This document shows positions 50,671 to 64,000 of a DNA stretch of 64,000 bases, piece after piece (within the stretch, counting starts at the first letter, position 1; the number at the start of each line of letters is the position of its first letter). The position numbers were made by a program, and so were the translations under genes. Where the stretch lies: NCBI RefSeq assembly GCF_023055435.1, contig NW_025963802.1, positions 17,546,001 through 17,610,000 on the forward strand, read 5' to 3'. Under the pieces are notes generated by a model. The model was not told the DNA's origin, ran no database searches, and worked only from the letters and a program-made list of their open reading frames with translations. The stretch comes from Haliotis rufescens (taxonomy: Eukaryota).

Positions 50671-51901
50671 CTTCAATTTTATACAACGATTATACACGAG
50701 TCGTGTAGCTTTAATTGTACGACAGACTAAGATGTATGTGGAGTGATCCTGTAGGCCGCCACAATTAACCGGTGATGACACGAGTAGAGATTGCGTGGCA
50801 ACATGGGTGACACGTCACTTGTGTCTTCTGTACAAACAGATATAATACATGAGCATTTCTTTTCACTCTTCTTTGTCATTTAATACACGAGAATCATGTC
50901 CTTACGGCGTTTAAATATTTTTTTTGATTTACCAAATATGTTGAATGTCGCATATGGAGTGAACCGGGTTTTGTTTTTCTAATTCTTTCGGGGGGGGGGG
51001 CTCCAGACAAGGACACGCGTGAGGGATAACAATATTTTCAAAACATTGTGGATAGAACGTATTCGATTTTGCACTTCAAAGTGAAAATAAACTCAGCATA
51101 TTCTGTTTCACTGATAAAGTGTTTGAAAACGGTATTGTCTATTTTAGATTATCGATTAACTTTCTTTGGATACTGAAATTCTGCTTGCGCGTGAAACTGG
51201 TGGACGCTATCACGGGTTTCTTGGGGAACTTTATGACACGTACAATTCTCAGAAGTCATTCAATTAACGAAATGAGTTTTCAACATCGCCATGCAAAGAC
51301 TCAATAATAACGCGAGAAATCCTAATACTGGCAGACTTGAACCTGGCGAATCACATGCTTAAAAAACGTGGCATTTCTACATTACCCAGAGCAAAATGTT
51401 TCATCTTTGGATACGATATCAGCAAGATGACACCACAAGAGATAATCCAACATCTGAGAGTCCCCGCATCACCACGGCATCCCAGGTTAGCACCATCCGG
51501 GTCCTTCAACTTGGAAACAGAAACCCTTTTCTTCATTTACGCTTGATGAACTCTGATTCGCTTTGTAATATTCCAAACATAGACTCCCACTTATCGATTT
51601 AACGCCTTGTAGAAATCACAGAATGAATCTGAAAACGATATATTCTTCTTTGGGGGGTGAGATATGTAACCAGACGTGTTGAAGTAAAGTCATCATGTCA
51701 GAACGGGCGACAATTGCATGAAGCGGCCTATAAATCTCTTGCCTTCACCACTGACAAACCTGCCTACCGAACAAAGCGAAATGTTTGAAGATCCGGACTT
51801 CACAAAATCTTGTAGGGATCCGAACCCTGAAGTCAGGATGATTGAAAACACATCTTCCAAGGCTCGAGAATATGAGTGTGCCTCTTTCGCGTACCTCCAG
51901 A

Positions 51902-52152
51902 GACCCGTGAAGATCCGGGATAGAATCGATCTTCAGCAACCCATGCTTGCCGTAACAGACGACTATGCTTGTCGTAAGAGGCGACTAACGGGATCGCTGA
52001 CTTGGTTGATGCATGTCATCGATCCCAATTGTGGATCGATGCTCATGATATTAATCACTGGAATGTCTGGTCCAGACTCGATTATTTACAGACCGCCGTC
52101 ATATAGCTGGAATATTGCTGAGTGTGGCGTTAAACAGCAAACCAACCAACCA
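51902..52152 (+). mobile_element. Short retroposon family A
   Basis: TSD GCGTACCTYCAG; consensus body and tail. Confidence 0.88.
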
Positions 52153-53884
52153 AGCGTACCTTCAGTTAGATAGGGTGTATATATTTTTATTTGCTGACCA
52201 ATAACCTGTTCCTGTGTGTAGATTTTATCGTAATTATAACTTTGGTCCAGAGGCTAAAATTTTGTAGCATACCCACTTGGTGATGCAAGTAACTATACTG
52301 TAATAAAGCGCACACTGTAACTCAAAAGATAAGGGGTATTAAGTTTAGTTGTGAGTGTATTTGTTATTTTAACCACGAACCATACTTCTCTATCAGAGTT
52401 ACCTCCCTAATGGTAAAATGTTTACTCCTATAGCCTGACACGTCAATTATTCACACTGTCCAAAAGTGCTAATATCTCGCAAAACGGAAACTGGGTCAAC
52501 GTTTCCCGCATATTGATTATGCTGTAGGCCTATTCCCGACCCTCTCGACGGGCATAACTCGCTAAACGAAAATGGGTCAACGCTTCCTGCATACCGAAAT
52601 GCTGTATGGGGAATAGGGTCGGATAGAGCTAGACTGGAACCATGCCCTCTGCCTCCTAGCGTCTAAGGCGAAGAAGCGCAAACGCTCTTGGGCAGGTAAA
52701 TTAGTCCAGGACAAAGTGGGTTTCCCTTTTATGATTGCTGCCGAATAACATGTTAAGTGTAACAATTTATATCGTAGTTAGTACAAGTCCAACTTTATCA
52801 CGGCGACCTGTACATGATCGCGCCTAGACCAGTGGTTGATAGAGTGAGCACCTATCAGCGCCGTCGGGCGTTATGACACACCTGGACATTACCTGACGCT
52901 CACAGATCGACAAGCGTGGGGTACTGGCGACCTATTAAGCCCCGTATCCTCACAGCGGTAGTTGGTTATGTACATTAGGCGCGGAAGGACCTTTTATTTT
53001 TAAAAAAAGGATTGTACTTAATACCGGCATGTCAATGAAGAAAGGAGGTGGTGCAGTTACTGGAGATTCATTCAAGTCGCTATAAACTATAGTCGCTATA
53101 GTTTTGCACCGTTTTTAGCATTATTATTCCCGAAAAATAACGGTTGATTCCAAGAACACGGTACACAAAGTGTACACACACGAACACCACAACTTAGGCG
53201 TGCCGAGCGAACGCTTTATCGACTTTATCAATAATATAGATGTTTGAGATAGTTAAAATTTCATGCGAGGCCTTACATTTCACCCATCACCCTCAACCTT
53301 GTTGTCCTGCCTTCCTGGGGATAAGACAAAGACTCGCCCGCTCGGAATCAGTACAATGTGTCTGAGGGATAGCCATGTTAAACTGCGGTATGGTATCGCA
53401 GTGGGCTAGCACTATACAACTGCATGCATAAATCGGAACGCGTGCATGCATGAGGAGACACGGGTGACCTAGTCATCTGTTTTGTTTGTTTTGTTGGTTT
53501 GTTGTTTAACGCCGCACTCAGCAATATTCCAGCTGAATTATAATCGAGTCTGGACCAGACAATCCAGTGATTGACATCATGAGCATCGTTCCACGCTATC
53601 TGAGGCGCCGCAATTCGCGTCACAATGGCACGCCAGACACCTATGATCGTGAGTTCGAATCCCGGTTCGCCCCGATTATGTTTCTAGGTCTGTCAGCACC
53701 ACACCCGTGCTCGTGAGTTTCACCAAAGTGGTAAACGTTTCAGACCTGCATCACTTCGGGCTCTCCGCCCACATTAATCTAACACGCCGTGATATAAAAA
53801 AGTGGCATTACCCAGCTCACTCACTCACTCACTGTACCCCATTTCACCTCACCTCCCCTTGATAATCATGAAGGATACAGTGTT

Positions 53885-54149
53885 TGTTTGGTTGTTTATT
53901 TATTGTTTAACGCAGCACTCAGCAATATTCCAGCTATATGACGGCGGTCTGTAAATAATCGAGTCTGGACTAGACAATCCAGTGACTGGCATCATGAGCA
54001 TCGATCCACGCTATTGGAATACCATGACATGCATCAACAATGTCAGCGAACCTGACCACCCGATCCCGTTAATCGCCTCTTACGACAGGCAGCGTCTTTT
54101 ACAGCCAGCATGGGTTGCTGAAGACCTATTCTACCCCGGATCGTCACGG
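53885..54149 (-). mobile_element. Short retroposon family A
   Basis: Near-full copy. Degraded copies also occur near 3560-3680, 37690-37880, 40140-40330, 49425-49620, 52780-52950 and 53480-53600. Confidence 0.82.
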
Positions 54150-54274
54150 GGGAGGGTACAGTGTAAAAACAACATGAACTATCTAAGTAACTGATTGAAA
54201 CATATTCATGGTAAATAGCAAGTGAGTTACATACATGCATTAAATGATTTCATCGTCTTTACATAACACAATTC

Positions 54275-55825
54275 TTATACTATATACTGTGTTTTCAATC
54301 TTTCAAATAAAGGTTTCACTTTAGGCTCATCAACCGCTCGTACGTGAATCATGTCTCCACTTCCGTCTTCCGGTGGCCTATCATCAATATCAGGGTCAAG
54401 GTCATTGTCAAACTCCTCCTCCCGCAGACTATGGAGCCAATTGAACACCTTCAAGTTCCGATGTGTCCTGTCCAGATTCTGGCCTCGGTTCCACATTGCG
54501 AGATCTTGCACCGAGATCTCGTGATACCGTGGCCTGCCCATGCGCACTTTAATATCCTGCTGAATGACATGGCTCAGCTGAGGCGAAATGCGAATCTTTT
54601 GCACAATTTTGGGTAGATAACTGTAATCCTCCTCAACAAGAGATGGGAACTCGGATAAAGGTCCTGTTGTAGTCCTGAGGCCATTGTCATCCCCATAGCC
54701 TGTAACCCGAGTCAGAGCACGGGTTGTGGTTGCAATCTTCATTTTCACCTTTGAGGTCATCTCTCTGTTCATATCAATCGCCAATATCTTAGTATCACCT
54801 GCCCACATCGTTGTCTTCAGTTCCGGTTCCCCCTGTGACGTCACGGGAACAACAGACTCCGATGGTGTTTTAAACACGTCGATGCTGGCTGTTGATGCGG
54901 TCGACAACCGCCTTGTACTGCTACGAGTGCTTCGACTCTTCCGACTAAGTAGGGATCCTTTGGAGCTCTGTCTGGCCAAGATCTTCTGATGGCGTGCCTG
55001 TTGGGCTAACTTCTGTTTTACCATCTGATGCTTCAACTCTTGGAAGTTTATAGGTTTGCCCCGGAACCTTGTTCTTCCTGCCGAAGCAAGAGGTCTCTCT
55101 GGTGCCTTGATATCGTTCCTGATGTCCGTCATGCTCCCGCTTTTCTTCAACCCTGGTGGGAGATGGAGACCGTTACTCTTTCCACAATGGAAAACCATCC
55201 TCTGTTCATCTGGTTCCAACATATCAAAAATGGTATCGTGTGCAGCTGGCATCCCCGTACCCACTGACTGAGCAACCTGTCTCTTCATCATCTTGTCTAA
55301 AGCGCCGACCTTCCTGCTCGCAAGTGCGATCCATTTACTCACCGTGGCAGGTTTCTCTGAGGTGGTTTCAGATTTGGGCTTTCTCTTCCTCCTGCGTCTC
55401 ACCACTTGTTTTCGTTTTCCGTTTGAGGAACACGAGAGCAATGACAGCTGTGTCGTGATGGATTCCTCGCTGCCTGCTCTCTTTATCCGGGGTTCTCTTC
55501 CAAGTCGGGCGCTGTAAACAGGTTCCCGAACCGTCTGCTCTCGGGGTTCGATGCGGCAAACGGAATACTCCGGCATCCAATCTTGCAGGGCACGTGATAT
55601 CCGCCCTTCATCTGTCTCAAAGTCACTGAAACTTGATCCGGATGCGAATAAATCTGAATCGCTGTCATAGTTGTGGATGAAGTAAACATCCGGTTCTTGT
55701 TGGTCCTGAATCAGTTCATCTCGACTGTCAACCAGTCTCACTGACTTAGTGGACACTGGTCGCACACTTGACTTGCTACATGTACTCATTTTCATCACAC
55801 CTACCTCGTTAACACATCCAATCAT
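54275..55825 (-). CDS. Uncharacterised protein, single coding exon (~516 aa from first ATG)
   Basis: Uninterrupted 1.6-kb ORF with no transposon motifs. It has Ser/acidic and Arg/Lys-rich low-complexity tracts and an ordered-looking C-terminus (IRISPQLSH...RMGRPRYHEI...NLKVFNWLHSL). The ORF track start at 55897 is TTG; the first ATG is 55825, with an alternative at 55795. Confidence 0.82.
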   Translation of the reverse strand: MIGCVNEVGVMKMSTCSKSSVRPVSTKSVRLVDSRDELIQDQQEPDVYFIHNYDSDSDLFASGSSFSDFETDEGRISRALQDWMPEYSVCRIEPREQTVREPVYSARLGREPRIKRAGSEESITTQLSLLSCSSNGKRKQVVRRRRKRKPKSETTSEKPATVSKWIALASRKVGALDKMMKRQVAQSVGTGMPAAHDTIFDMLEPDEQRMVFHCGKSNGLHLPPGLKKSGSMTDIRNDIKAPERPLASAGRTRFRGKPINFQELKHQMVKQKLAQQARHQKILARQSSKGSLLSRKSRSTRSSTRRLSTASTASIDVFKTPSESVVPVTSQGEPELKTTMWAGDTKILAIDMNREMTSKVKMKIATTTRALTRVTGYGDDNGLRTTTGPLSEFPSLVEEDYSYLPKIVQKIRISPQLSHVIQQDIKVRMGRPRYHEISVQDLAMWNRGQNLDRTHRNLKVFNWLHSLREEEFDNDLDPDIDDRPPEDGSGDMIHVRAVDEPKVKPLFERLKTQYIV

Positions 55826-56408
55826 TGATGTCCCTCGGTGTGTCAACGCCGAAGAGTACGGGTATATTGTATTCCACGCCGATGGATTCAGTGACAAAAC
55901 GACAGGTCATCTTACGGTAACACAATCATCACATTTTCCTGGCAACACGTTACAAGTAGTCCATTTCACAATTCCCACAAATGTATCTTCATGAAAACAG
56001 TCGTAGGAAGGTCGTATACAGTTTATAATCACAGCTATGTTGGTGGGATCATGCCCTCTGTCAACGAGGCATAAGGCCTGACGCGGTAACTGAAAGAACT
56101 CACGCTTCTATTGACAGTGGGTTCATTAAAGCCACACAATCGTCCACCACATTCACACAACCTCTGTCAGTAGGTCCAAACGGTCACCTCTGTTTCCAGT
56201 CAAGTAAAGCCGTGGATCTTCTGTCGGCCTGTACAGGTTGTCGACATACTGCCATTGTAGCCTCGATATTGTTTCTATTTTGCTCGCTGCGTTTTGTCGC
56301 CAGGCTGGTGATCAATGGGCAGGGCTACCCCTTTCCTCTGAATGATTGCCACTGTTTGAACAGGTCCGTTCTACCGGATTAATAACTCTGATTCGATCTC
56401 ACTGGTCA

Positions 56409-56426
56409 GTCACGTGTGTGACGTCA
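56409..56426. promoter_or_regulatory. Adjacent E-box (GTCACGTG) and CRE (TGACGTCA) upstream of the 516-aa gene
   Basis: Perfect motifs in non-repetitive DNA about 600 bp upstream of the ATG. A possible 5' UTR intron lies at 56090-56188. Confidence 0.35.
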
Positions 56427-56979
56427 CTTCTCCGCTCGCTAGGTTATTGTCGTCTGCTCGCACGCTCTGTCAAGTGGAAAAAAAGAAATGATTAAATGGA
56501 GATATTACCCAGCTGAGAGTCTGTCGTACAACTCTCCAACCTGGCGTGAAAGTCCCTTTCATCATGAAGTGATTTGTAAGAACAATCATTAGGTTCTTTG
56601 AACTTTCGGATAAATTGGCTTCCCAAGAAAGCTGACTATGTTCGTGTGCGGAGCGTGATTTAGGCCTTATCGAAACGTAAAGCGCCAAGTTTTCTAAAGA
56701 GTTGGTAAAAATGTACAGCAATCTAATCTTATTGCGACCTGTTATCGCCTAATGCCGTACACTATAGGACTAAGCTGGCTTGACATTTTAAGCACGCGGA
56801 GAAGTATATGTGGGCTAAATCCCCGCAAGTCTATTAAGGATTGTGTAAGCTAAAAAGGATCATACCGTATATAACTGTACATAACAAATCTGTCATACAC
56901 GTTACATTGAATACAGCCAAGATGAGTTGCAATTGCCTGGCCAATGCATATGAGTAAGTGAGTGAGTGGGTGGGTAGGT

Positions 56980-57137
56980 NNNNNNNNNNNNNNNNNNNNN
57001 NNNNNNNNNNNNNNNNNNNNNNNNNNNNNNNNNNNNNNNNNNNNNNNNNNNNNNNNNNNNNNNNNNNNNNNNNNNNNNNNNNNNNNNNNNNNNNNNNNNN
57101 NNNNNNNNNNNNNNNNNNNNNNNNNNNNNNNNNNNNN
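56980..57137. other. Assembly gap
   Basis: Run of N. Confidence 0.99.
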
Positions 57138-57328
57138 CTGACAGTAGTGAGTCAGTTTGGGTTTAACGCTTCTTTTAGAGGAATCCTAAATGTTACCTAT
57201 TGAAATCCGCGAGCACAGTGCCGACAGACAAAGGGCCTTTATAGGGGCGGAGTTCAATCGGATCCTTGTGCGGCTCGACATCTTCGATTATCCATTGCAT
57301 TACATGTCCATTTTAACACAATTAATAC

Positions 57329-57443
57329 CCTGGGACCCGTTCCACAAAGCGATCTTAGCGCTACGACTGTCTTAAGTCAGTGTTAAAGAATGGGAGTTAC
57401 GAGCGACTTAACGCTAAGATCGCTTTGTAGAACGGGGCCCTGG
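57329..57443. mobile_element. Palindromic ~115-bp MITE
   Basis: CCGTTCCACAAAGCGATCTTAGCG / CGCTAAGATCGCTTTGTAGAACGG. Confidence 0.75.
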
Positions 57444-57651
57444 ACCGATTCGCCACCATAACGTCGAAAGTAACAACCTCCCTCCTATCACTAACACAGA
57501 AGTCATAAAAAAAAGTTATTTAACCAGATGGGTCTTTTTTGTGTCATGTCATTCAAATCAGGCTCAAAATGAAGCTACTGTGGTGAACATTCCCAGATTA
57601 TTTATCATAACTGAGATATAATATCCTGGATAATCGAGGGTTCGGCTATGG

Positions 57652-58002
57652 TGAGGTGGGGTGGGGTTTCACGTCGCGTCCAAGATTATTGCACTTATAT
57701 AGCGACGTGCATGCACGTGTGTGTGTGTGTGTGGCTGCTTGTACTAGTCCGGACTGATGCCGATTTATAGTGCTAGCTCACTGAGATACCATACCGCAGT
57801 TTAACATGAATACCCCACTCAGACACAGTATACTGACTCCGAGCCGACCAGTCCTTGTTTTAGCCCCTTAATGCCGAGCGCCAGACAGGGTAACAACAAG
57901 TACCATCTGTTAACGTCTTTTGGTATGACGCGGCCGGGGATCAAACCCCGGACCTTCCGCTCTCCGGGCGGACGCTCGAACCACTAGACCACGGAGGCGG
58001 TC
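57652..58002 (-). mobile_element. SINE family D, full length
   Basis: 13-bp TSD GGTTCGGCTATGG. Confidence 0.9.
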
Positions 58003-60245
58003 CTGGTTCGGCTATGGAGGCACATACCCAGATCACTGGGTGACAGTTACTTAGGGGGAAGAGTATACCCTGTGTGGTTCGTCGATGTGTTCTCACTTTA
58101 ACTTAATGAGTGGGTGAGTTGGTTTAACGCCGCTGAGCAGTATTTTGTGTTATATTATGGCATGGCATGGAGGAATACCCATGATGCAAGTCCTATATAG
58201 CTTTTCTTAAAACCCACGATCACGGTATGGTGCTGACAAACCCAGAACATAATCGGGATGAACCGAGATTGGAACCACGTAACCAGGTTTCTGTGCGCCT
58301 AAGGGACGTAACTCTGCATCCGTGCCCCCTAATATTAACGTCTCGCGATATAATCGCAATATTGAAACGTAATGATAATGAAAAGTAAACGTGTATGGCA
58401 AGTCATGTTTTGATTACAGAATGAATTTAAAAAGTAAAAATGACTAAGGCTAAAACTCAAATAAATTAGTTCAAATGTTTGTATTCCTTACCATATTTGG
58501 TCACGACTAATATACATAACAAAGTTAACACAATACAGTCACATGCCTCACTGTAAATACATAATATATGGATTAGAAGGCTGTGCAAGAGCCCATTGTC
58601 ATGGGAATGTGTGCAACTTGTCATGCACAATATTTCATAATTGATTAATCCTCTTACCTATGAACGTAGTACCTAACTGGGAAGATTGGGGCCTTAACGC
58701 TCGCAATGTTCCCGTGACGGTGTTTGTTACGTCAACAAATACCTGCCTTGTGATCGGTTCTATTTTGACACTTCAAGCTCTCATGTGACATTTAAGAGAC
58801 ATATTCCCCAGAATGATACGCCATATTGGAGACTTAAATACTCGTATAATGCAATGTGTCGTCTTTTAAATTATTCACCCCCTAAAAAGACATACACAGC
58901 TAAAACTATCGTTGATATGGTTGTAGAATTGACTAAAAACAAGCTTCAATGGCAGTTTTCTTCCACGCTATTCAATACATGTTGATTGTCGTTGCGTTGG
59001 TGGTGGTTGTGAGTATACATTCGTGAATATATTTTTCCGAAAAAAACTTTACAGGTAACTGAAAAAACATTTTATTAATTATAAGTCGTGATATATAAGT
59101 CTTAGTTATAATTTAAATATATACGTCTCCATATTTAATCCAAAATAAGCTTTATGTGGAATAAAAATTCAAATGACCTACCTTCCTAGAATGTCATACT
59201 GTCAACACCCAGGACAAGTAGCCTCTCAACATGCTCCCAGCACCAGTCAGTACACAGGTATATACGGGAATACCAGGTGTGCACAGGTAAGTATAAGTAC
59301 AGGTAGACAGGCAAATGTACCTGTTGAGTAGATGGGAGCTCAACGCTTCTCCTCCAATGTCCACAAGCACTTAGTGCAGTCAAGAGACATGAGTGTGTAT
59401 TAATATGTGATCTGTGTATTGTTGTGTTATCTATTGTCTGTTATACCCCCACCCTAACTGATCTAATCACAACCAGATATCGGGTGACGTCGGGGCTGAG
59501 GGGTGACAGGATCGGGAGAGGGGTTGGGGTGGGGATAGTGGAAGGTAGAAGGGTTATGCCGTCGTTCTGTTGCCTAACGTTGATTACTGTACGGTTCAAT
59601 TCGTTTGTACTGATTTGTGACGTCAGTGACAGATCGTGCGGACTGAGGGAGCTGATGGATATCCATGCACGAAACAGTCAGCAGTGTTACTGCTAAAGCA
59701 TGACCTGTGTATTGTAGTGAGTGAGTTGGGGTTAACGCCGCTTTGAACAGTAAACGCCGCTTTAAACAGTATTTCATGGTGTTTATTCAAGTAAAAAAGG
59801 CCACTGGCCCACAGGACATGCATTGTCAATATTAAAACAAAATAGATAGTTACAATATACACGAGAGGATTAAAACAATATATATACATAACAACAAGCA
59901 ATTATTGATGAAGTGTAGGATACAGTTTAAAAGCGAAAAATATGTATTTACTTAAATTGAACAGTGTTCTGGGGCATTTGGAATTAATTAGCTTTACAAA
60001 TGCAGTTACACCACGGCGTGTCAGGTTGATGTGGGATGAAAGCCCTGAAGAGACGCAAATCTCAGACTTTTCCCTCTCAGGAGGAACCTACATGCACGCT
60101 TGGGTGCTGACAAACCAAGAAACATAATCGGGCCGAATATGTTAGCCTGTATACTCCTATATTCGATTCCATTGAATAACAAGAGCAACTTTTCACAATC
60201 TACCAAATATTGACCTGCGGGCTACTTACGGCATATTTTGGGTTA

Positions 60246-60420
60246 CAGTAAATTACTTTTATAACGAACACGCTTATAACGAACTGACGGATATAACGAA
60301 CTTACTTTTTTGTCCCGACTATTTGCTGTAGTTATGTTGTATATATGCTTATAACGAACTACGGTTATAACGAACTAAAATTAGAGGTCCCTTTGAGTTC
60401 GTTATAACCGTAGTTTACTG
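60246..60420. mobile_element. TA-flanked Tc1/pogo-type MITE
   Basis: TA|CAGTAAA...TTTACTG|TA, with repeated ATAACGAAC motifs and an inverted GTTCGTTAT. Confidence 0.75.
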
Positions 60421-62867
60421 TATATAATTGGGATGATCGATGTCTGCTATTTCACTCGTTCTTTCGGGAACCAAATTACCGCACATATTTCATATTATCA
60501 AATGTCAGTGGCTAATGGCTACATTGAAAATTATCAAGTTCACAGTGAGAATGTGACGCACGTGTGCTATACATGTTGTGACGCCATATTTCAATTTTCT
60601 TACTTGGTTCAGCATGGACGTCAGCGGCGTCGGTATACGACATTCGTGACATATACATGGCGTATTACGTCACTGACACATTCCATGGCCGGGAGCAGTT
60701 CTCTTTGATGTATGTAATCCTACACCGCCAGGTCACCAACAACAAACATCCGATCTGCGACCGGGGGATCTGTCAGTCTTGTCCATATACTCGTCAGTCA
60801 GGTAGAGAGACATGCGATCTGAATATCACCAGTATCTACAATAAAACACACGATTTATATATTCATTTACAACTGACGTTCGTGTGTATTGCATTCCACC
60901 ACAGGCGGCGATAGCTCCCGGAGTGTGTACATGTTTCATATACTCATTGACAGAAATAAGGGAACGGTTATAAAGAGAAGGATGCGTCCATGCGAATATC
61001 CCAGGCAACAAAAAAGTGAACACACAAGACACTACCATTACACGGAATAATGCATTAATATGTACACAGAAATACACATCAATCCTAAGCATTTCTATGT
61101 GTCCCTTACTTTATACCATCAGTATATATGTGCATTTTCTCATCGTTTATTACTACTAATGTCATTTAGGCCGTCATTACTTATACTATCCGTTTTACCC
61201 AAATATTTTCAAACCTCAACAGCGCATTTACACCACTTCTATCTCAAATGTCCGTATTTTTTTTTCTTTTTAAATATAGCATAGAGGTTACACGTACATG
61301 GATTATAAGTTTGCTTTTAGTTCAGTTATTGTTTGATCAAAGTCTGGCGTTTGGTCCTAGGCATTCGTCCACAAACAAGTCATTATTGTTGTCTCGTGTC
61401 ACTGAATAGAAGGTGGGGTAGCCAAGTGGTTAAAGTGTTAGCTCGTCACGCGGCAGACCGGGTTCAATTCCCGAATAGATACAGTGTGTCAGTCCCATTA
61501 GTTTATTAGGTTGCTATAGGATTGTTAAAAGTGATGTTAAAACCATGCTCAGTCAATGAAATCTTAGTTCAGTAACAGTTTGAGTTGAAATACCACCTGC
61601 ACACCATAAAACGCTTCAGCATAAGTGTATAATGTCCTTGACTTTACGTGGCTCTTCAAATATTACTTCACAGGAAGCATATTGAAGGGTCTTAAGGGTC
61701 TTAACAGTACATAAACCAGTCACACACTGTCTTGTTAAACGGGTTACTTTATGGAGGAAGGGGGCACGCGTGGTCCAGTCAGCCAAAACGTCACAGTTCG
61801 TCGTACAGAGTTGTGTCCCTTATAGGCGTGCTTTCATCAAGCTCCTTTCCAGCGCGTGACACCTTCGTTACACTCTCGGTAGTATTGTGCTGGAATGCCC
61901 GCATTAATTCGGGACCATGAGTGGATGTTGTGAATAAAATCATGAAATTGTAAGTTTGTTTTTTTTAGTACCATACGCAATATGTATAAATAAATACCCA
62001 AGGGTGAAATGTCATCGCAGATTTTCAGTGATCTAGTCATCTAATTCTCAACATAATTTTGCCTTTTACGCCAAAATGAATCTGTTTCGGTTAATAATCG
62101 CAACAGGTTATTATCTGACGTTGACGTATCGCATCGTAAACGCTTCAGTTCAAACAGGTGTTGCAATAACCGAAACATACACTAGACAATGGAATTATAT
62201 ATATGTCTCTTACATATACCCTGAAGTACAAAACTCACCTACGTTTAACCGAATAGCACAAACGCCTGGAACGTGTTCTTCTACCAAACTCGTCAGGAAC
62301 TGATTGCTAGCTGCGATAAAGCACTCTTCTAAATGAAACGGACTGCTCCGCATTGTCTGGGGCCTATCCTCGGGTGCCTGCTGGTAGGCCAGTAGATCAT
62401 TGTATTCACGATGTTCAGCTGGGTGTTAACGACGCAACTGTTATAGACCGATAAGCTTGATTAGATTTCATTGTCCTGGGGTTAAATCTCAACTTATTGT
62501 TAAACAGTTGGTGTGGGGTGTCGTGTTCATACACGAGTATGTAAATAAGGACTTGGTTCAAAAGACACTGCCTAGGCCTGTATATGTTGTTATTCTTGGT
62601 GTTGACACGGAATACATTTTACGCTGTATGTGCTACGTGGAACATATGTTATAAAATACATAGTTGTGTATATTAAAGCGTACGTCTACTGTTGTTTATG
62701 ATAGATGTTTCAATGTTCACAGTTTGTTTTAGAGGAAGAAGATTAAACATCATATTAAACATCTGGTATGTTTGTGTGTCCCTCATTTCATAAAACGAAG
62801 AATCTGCATTCATTCATTCATTCATTCATATTGTACATTTTTTCTGGATGATTTCTGCATTTGTGCA

Positions 62868-63232
62868 CACTACTATCCACTACTACTACTATTTCTGCTA
62901 CTACCACTACCACTACTATAACCACTACTACAACCACCACCACTACTTCTACTACCCCCACTACTATCACTATCACTATTACTACTTCTTCTTCACTACC
63001 ACTGCATCTTCTTCTTCTTCTGCTACTACCACTACCACTACCACTACTATTACCACTACCACTACTATTACCACTACCACTACTACAACAACCACCACTA
63101 CTTCTAATACCCCCACTACTATCACTATTACTATTACTACTTCTGCTACTACCACTGCATCTTCTTCTTCTGCTACTACCACTACTGCTATTATTATTTC
63201 TACCTCTACGACGTCTGCTACTACTACTGCTG
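62868..63232. repeat. Compound (TAC/CAC/TTC)n trinucleotide repeat
   Basis: Explains the Thr/Tyr/Leu/Val homopolymer ORFs in several frames; contains an internal duplication. Confidence 0.92.
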
Positions 63233-64000
63233 CATGTGAGCATCCTGGCTTGCCCAAGGGTTTCACCAAAGTAACAAATGTTATATTTGGGATAACACTT
63301 TCTGAGTGTTGACAAACTGTTTAACTCAACGGCCTGCGTCGCGTTAAGGCTTTCTTCCCACGTTATGGTGGAACGCCGTCACGTGGCTAAAACACGATTC
63401 CAAACGGCATTTACCCAACTCACTCACTCAATACAGAGTGCAAACTAAATAGCTATAACATATCCGCAAGTTTGATCACTCCAGTTGTTGAGTGACATGG
63501 GGAACCTGTGAGGAAAGGGGTATTTACAGGCCGCTTCCTTCACTTACAATCGCAGTGGCTGCTCAAGGACGCTTTATGCAGTCGTGGTATTTTTTAATAG
63601 ATTCCAAAAATTATGGAAGCGTTACCACGGTAACAATTGAAATGCTTTCTACTTAGTTTATATCAATACGTATCAGTATGAAAGATAAAGAGAATTACCA
63701 ACTATCAATATTCAAATGGCAAAACATAATGGCGCGCAAACTTAATACATGTATGTCATAAATTATTGCATTTTGCAGACATGACATCATCTTTAGAAAT
63801 GATCATGACCCTCAGGCCATGGCTAGTATTCACACGAGTGACAAATGTTCTTTTTAATAATGTCTAACCATGAGCGGTTAAGTCAATATCGATGCTATAT
63901 AATTTGTATTTTCATCTCAAACCTCAACTGGAATATTGTAAATGATTCACCTATACCTTCTTAGTTTCACCGATATTTGCACAATCAATAAATACTGACA

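Noticed and set aside
51718-52173. 151-aa ORF
   Set aside because: Its second half is retroposon family A sequence; no protein motif.
59182-59400. Coding exon ending at a strong minus-strand donor (AAG|gtaggt)
   Set aside because: No convincing reading frame or motif; it may be a 5' UTR exon but is unsupported without transcripts.
62818-63315. Mucin-like or homopolymer ORFs
   Set aside because: Open in several frames on both strands because of a trinucleotide repeat; no supporting splice context.

Overview
Repeat-rich eukaryotic (invertebrate) genomic DNA with three N-gaps. The SINE repertoire suggests a mollusc, possibly abalone; this is an inference. Three protein-coding genes are supported. 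(1) The first three coding exons of a secreted animal heme peroxidase-family gene on the minus strand (ATG 3424), continuing off the left edge. (2) A complete, divergently oriented paralog on the plus strand: 11 coding exons, 27854-43913, all GT-AG introns with consistent phases, about 711 aa. It keeps the signal peptide, Ca2+ site and proximal His/Asn, but has lost the entire distal catalytic machinery. QWGQFxDHD has become QWGLFLALD, the GDxRxNE segment is deleted in frame, and the protein ends in a thrombospondin-type-1-like module. It is a candidate pseudo-peroxidase and the most interesting item here. (3) An uncharacterised ~516-aa protein encoded by one exon (54275-55825, minus). The rest is four short retroposon families (three share a 3' tail; one has a non-tRNA, pseudoknot-capable 5' end), decayed LINE, Gypsy and mariner elements, MITEs, and several minisatellite arrays, two of them built from transposon parts. 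No CRISPR array, rRNA gene or authentic tRNA gene is supported.
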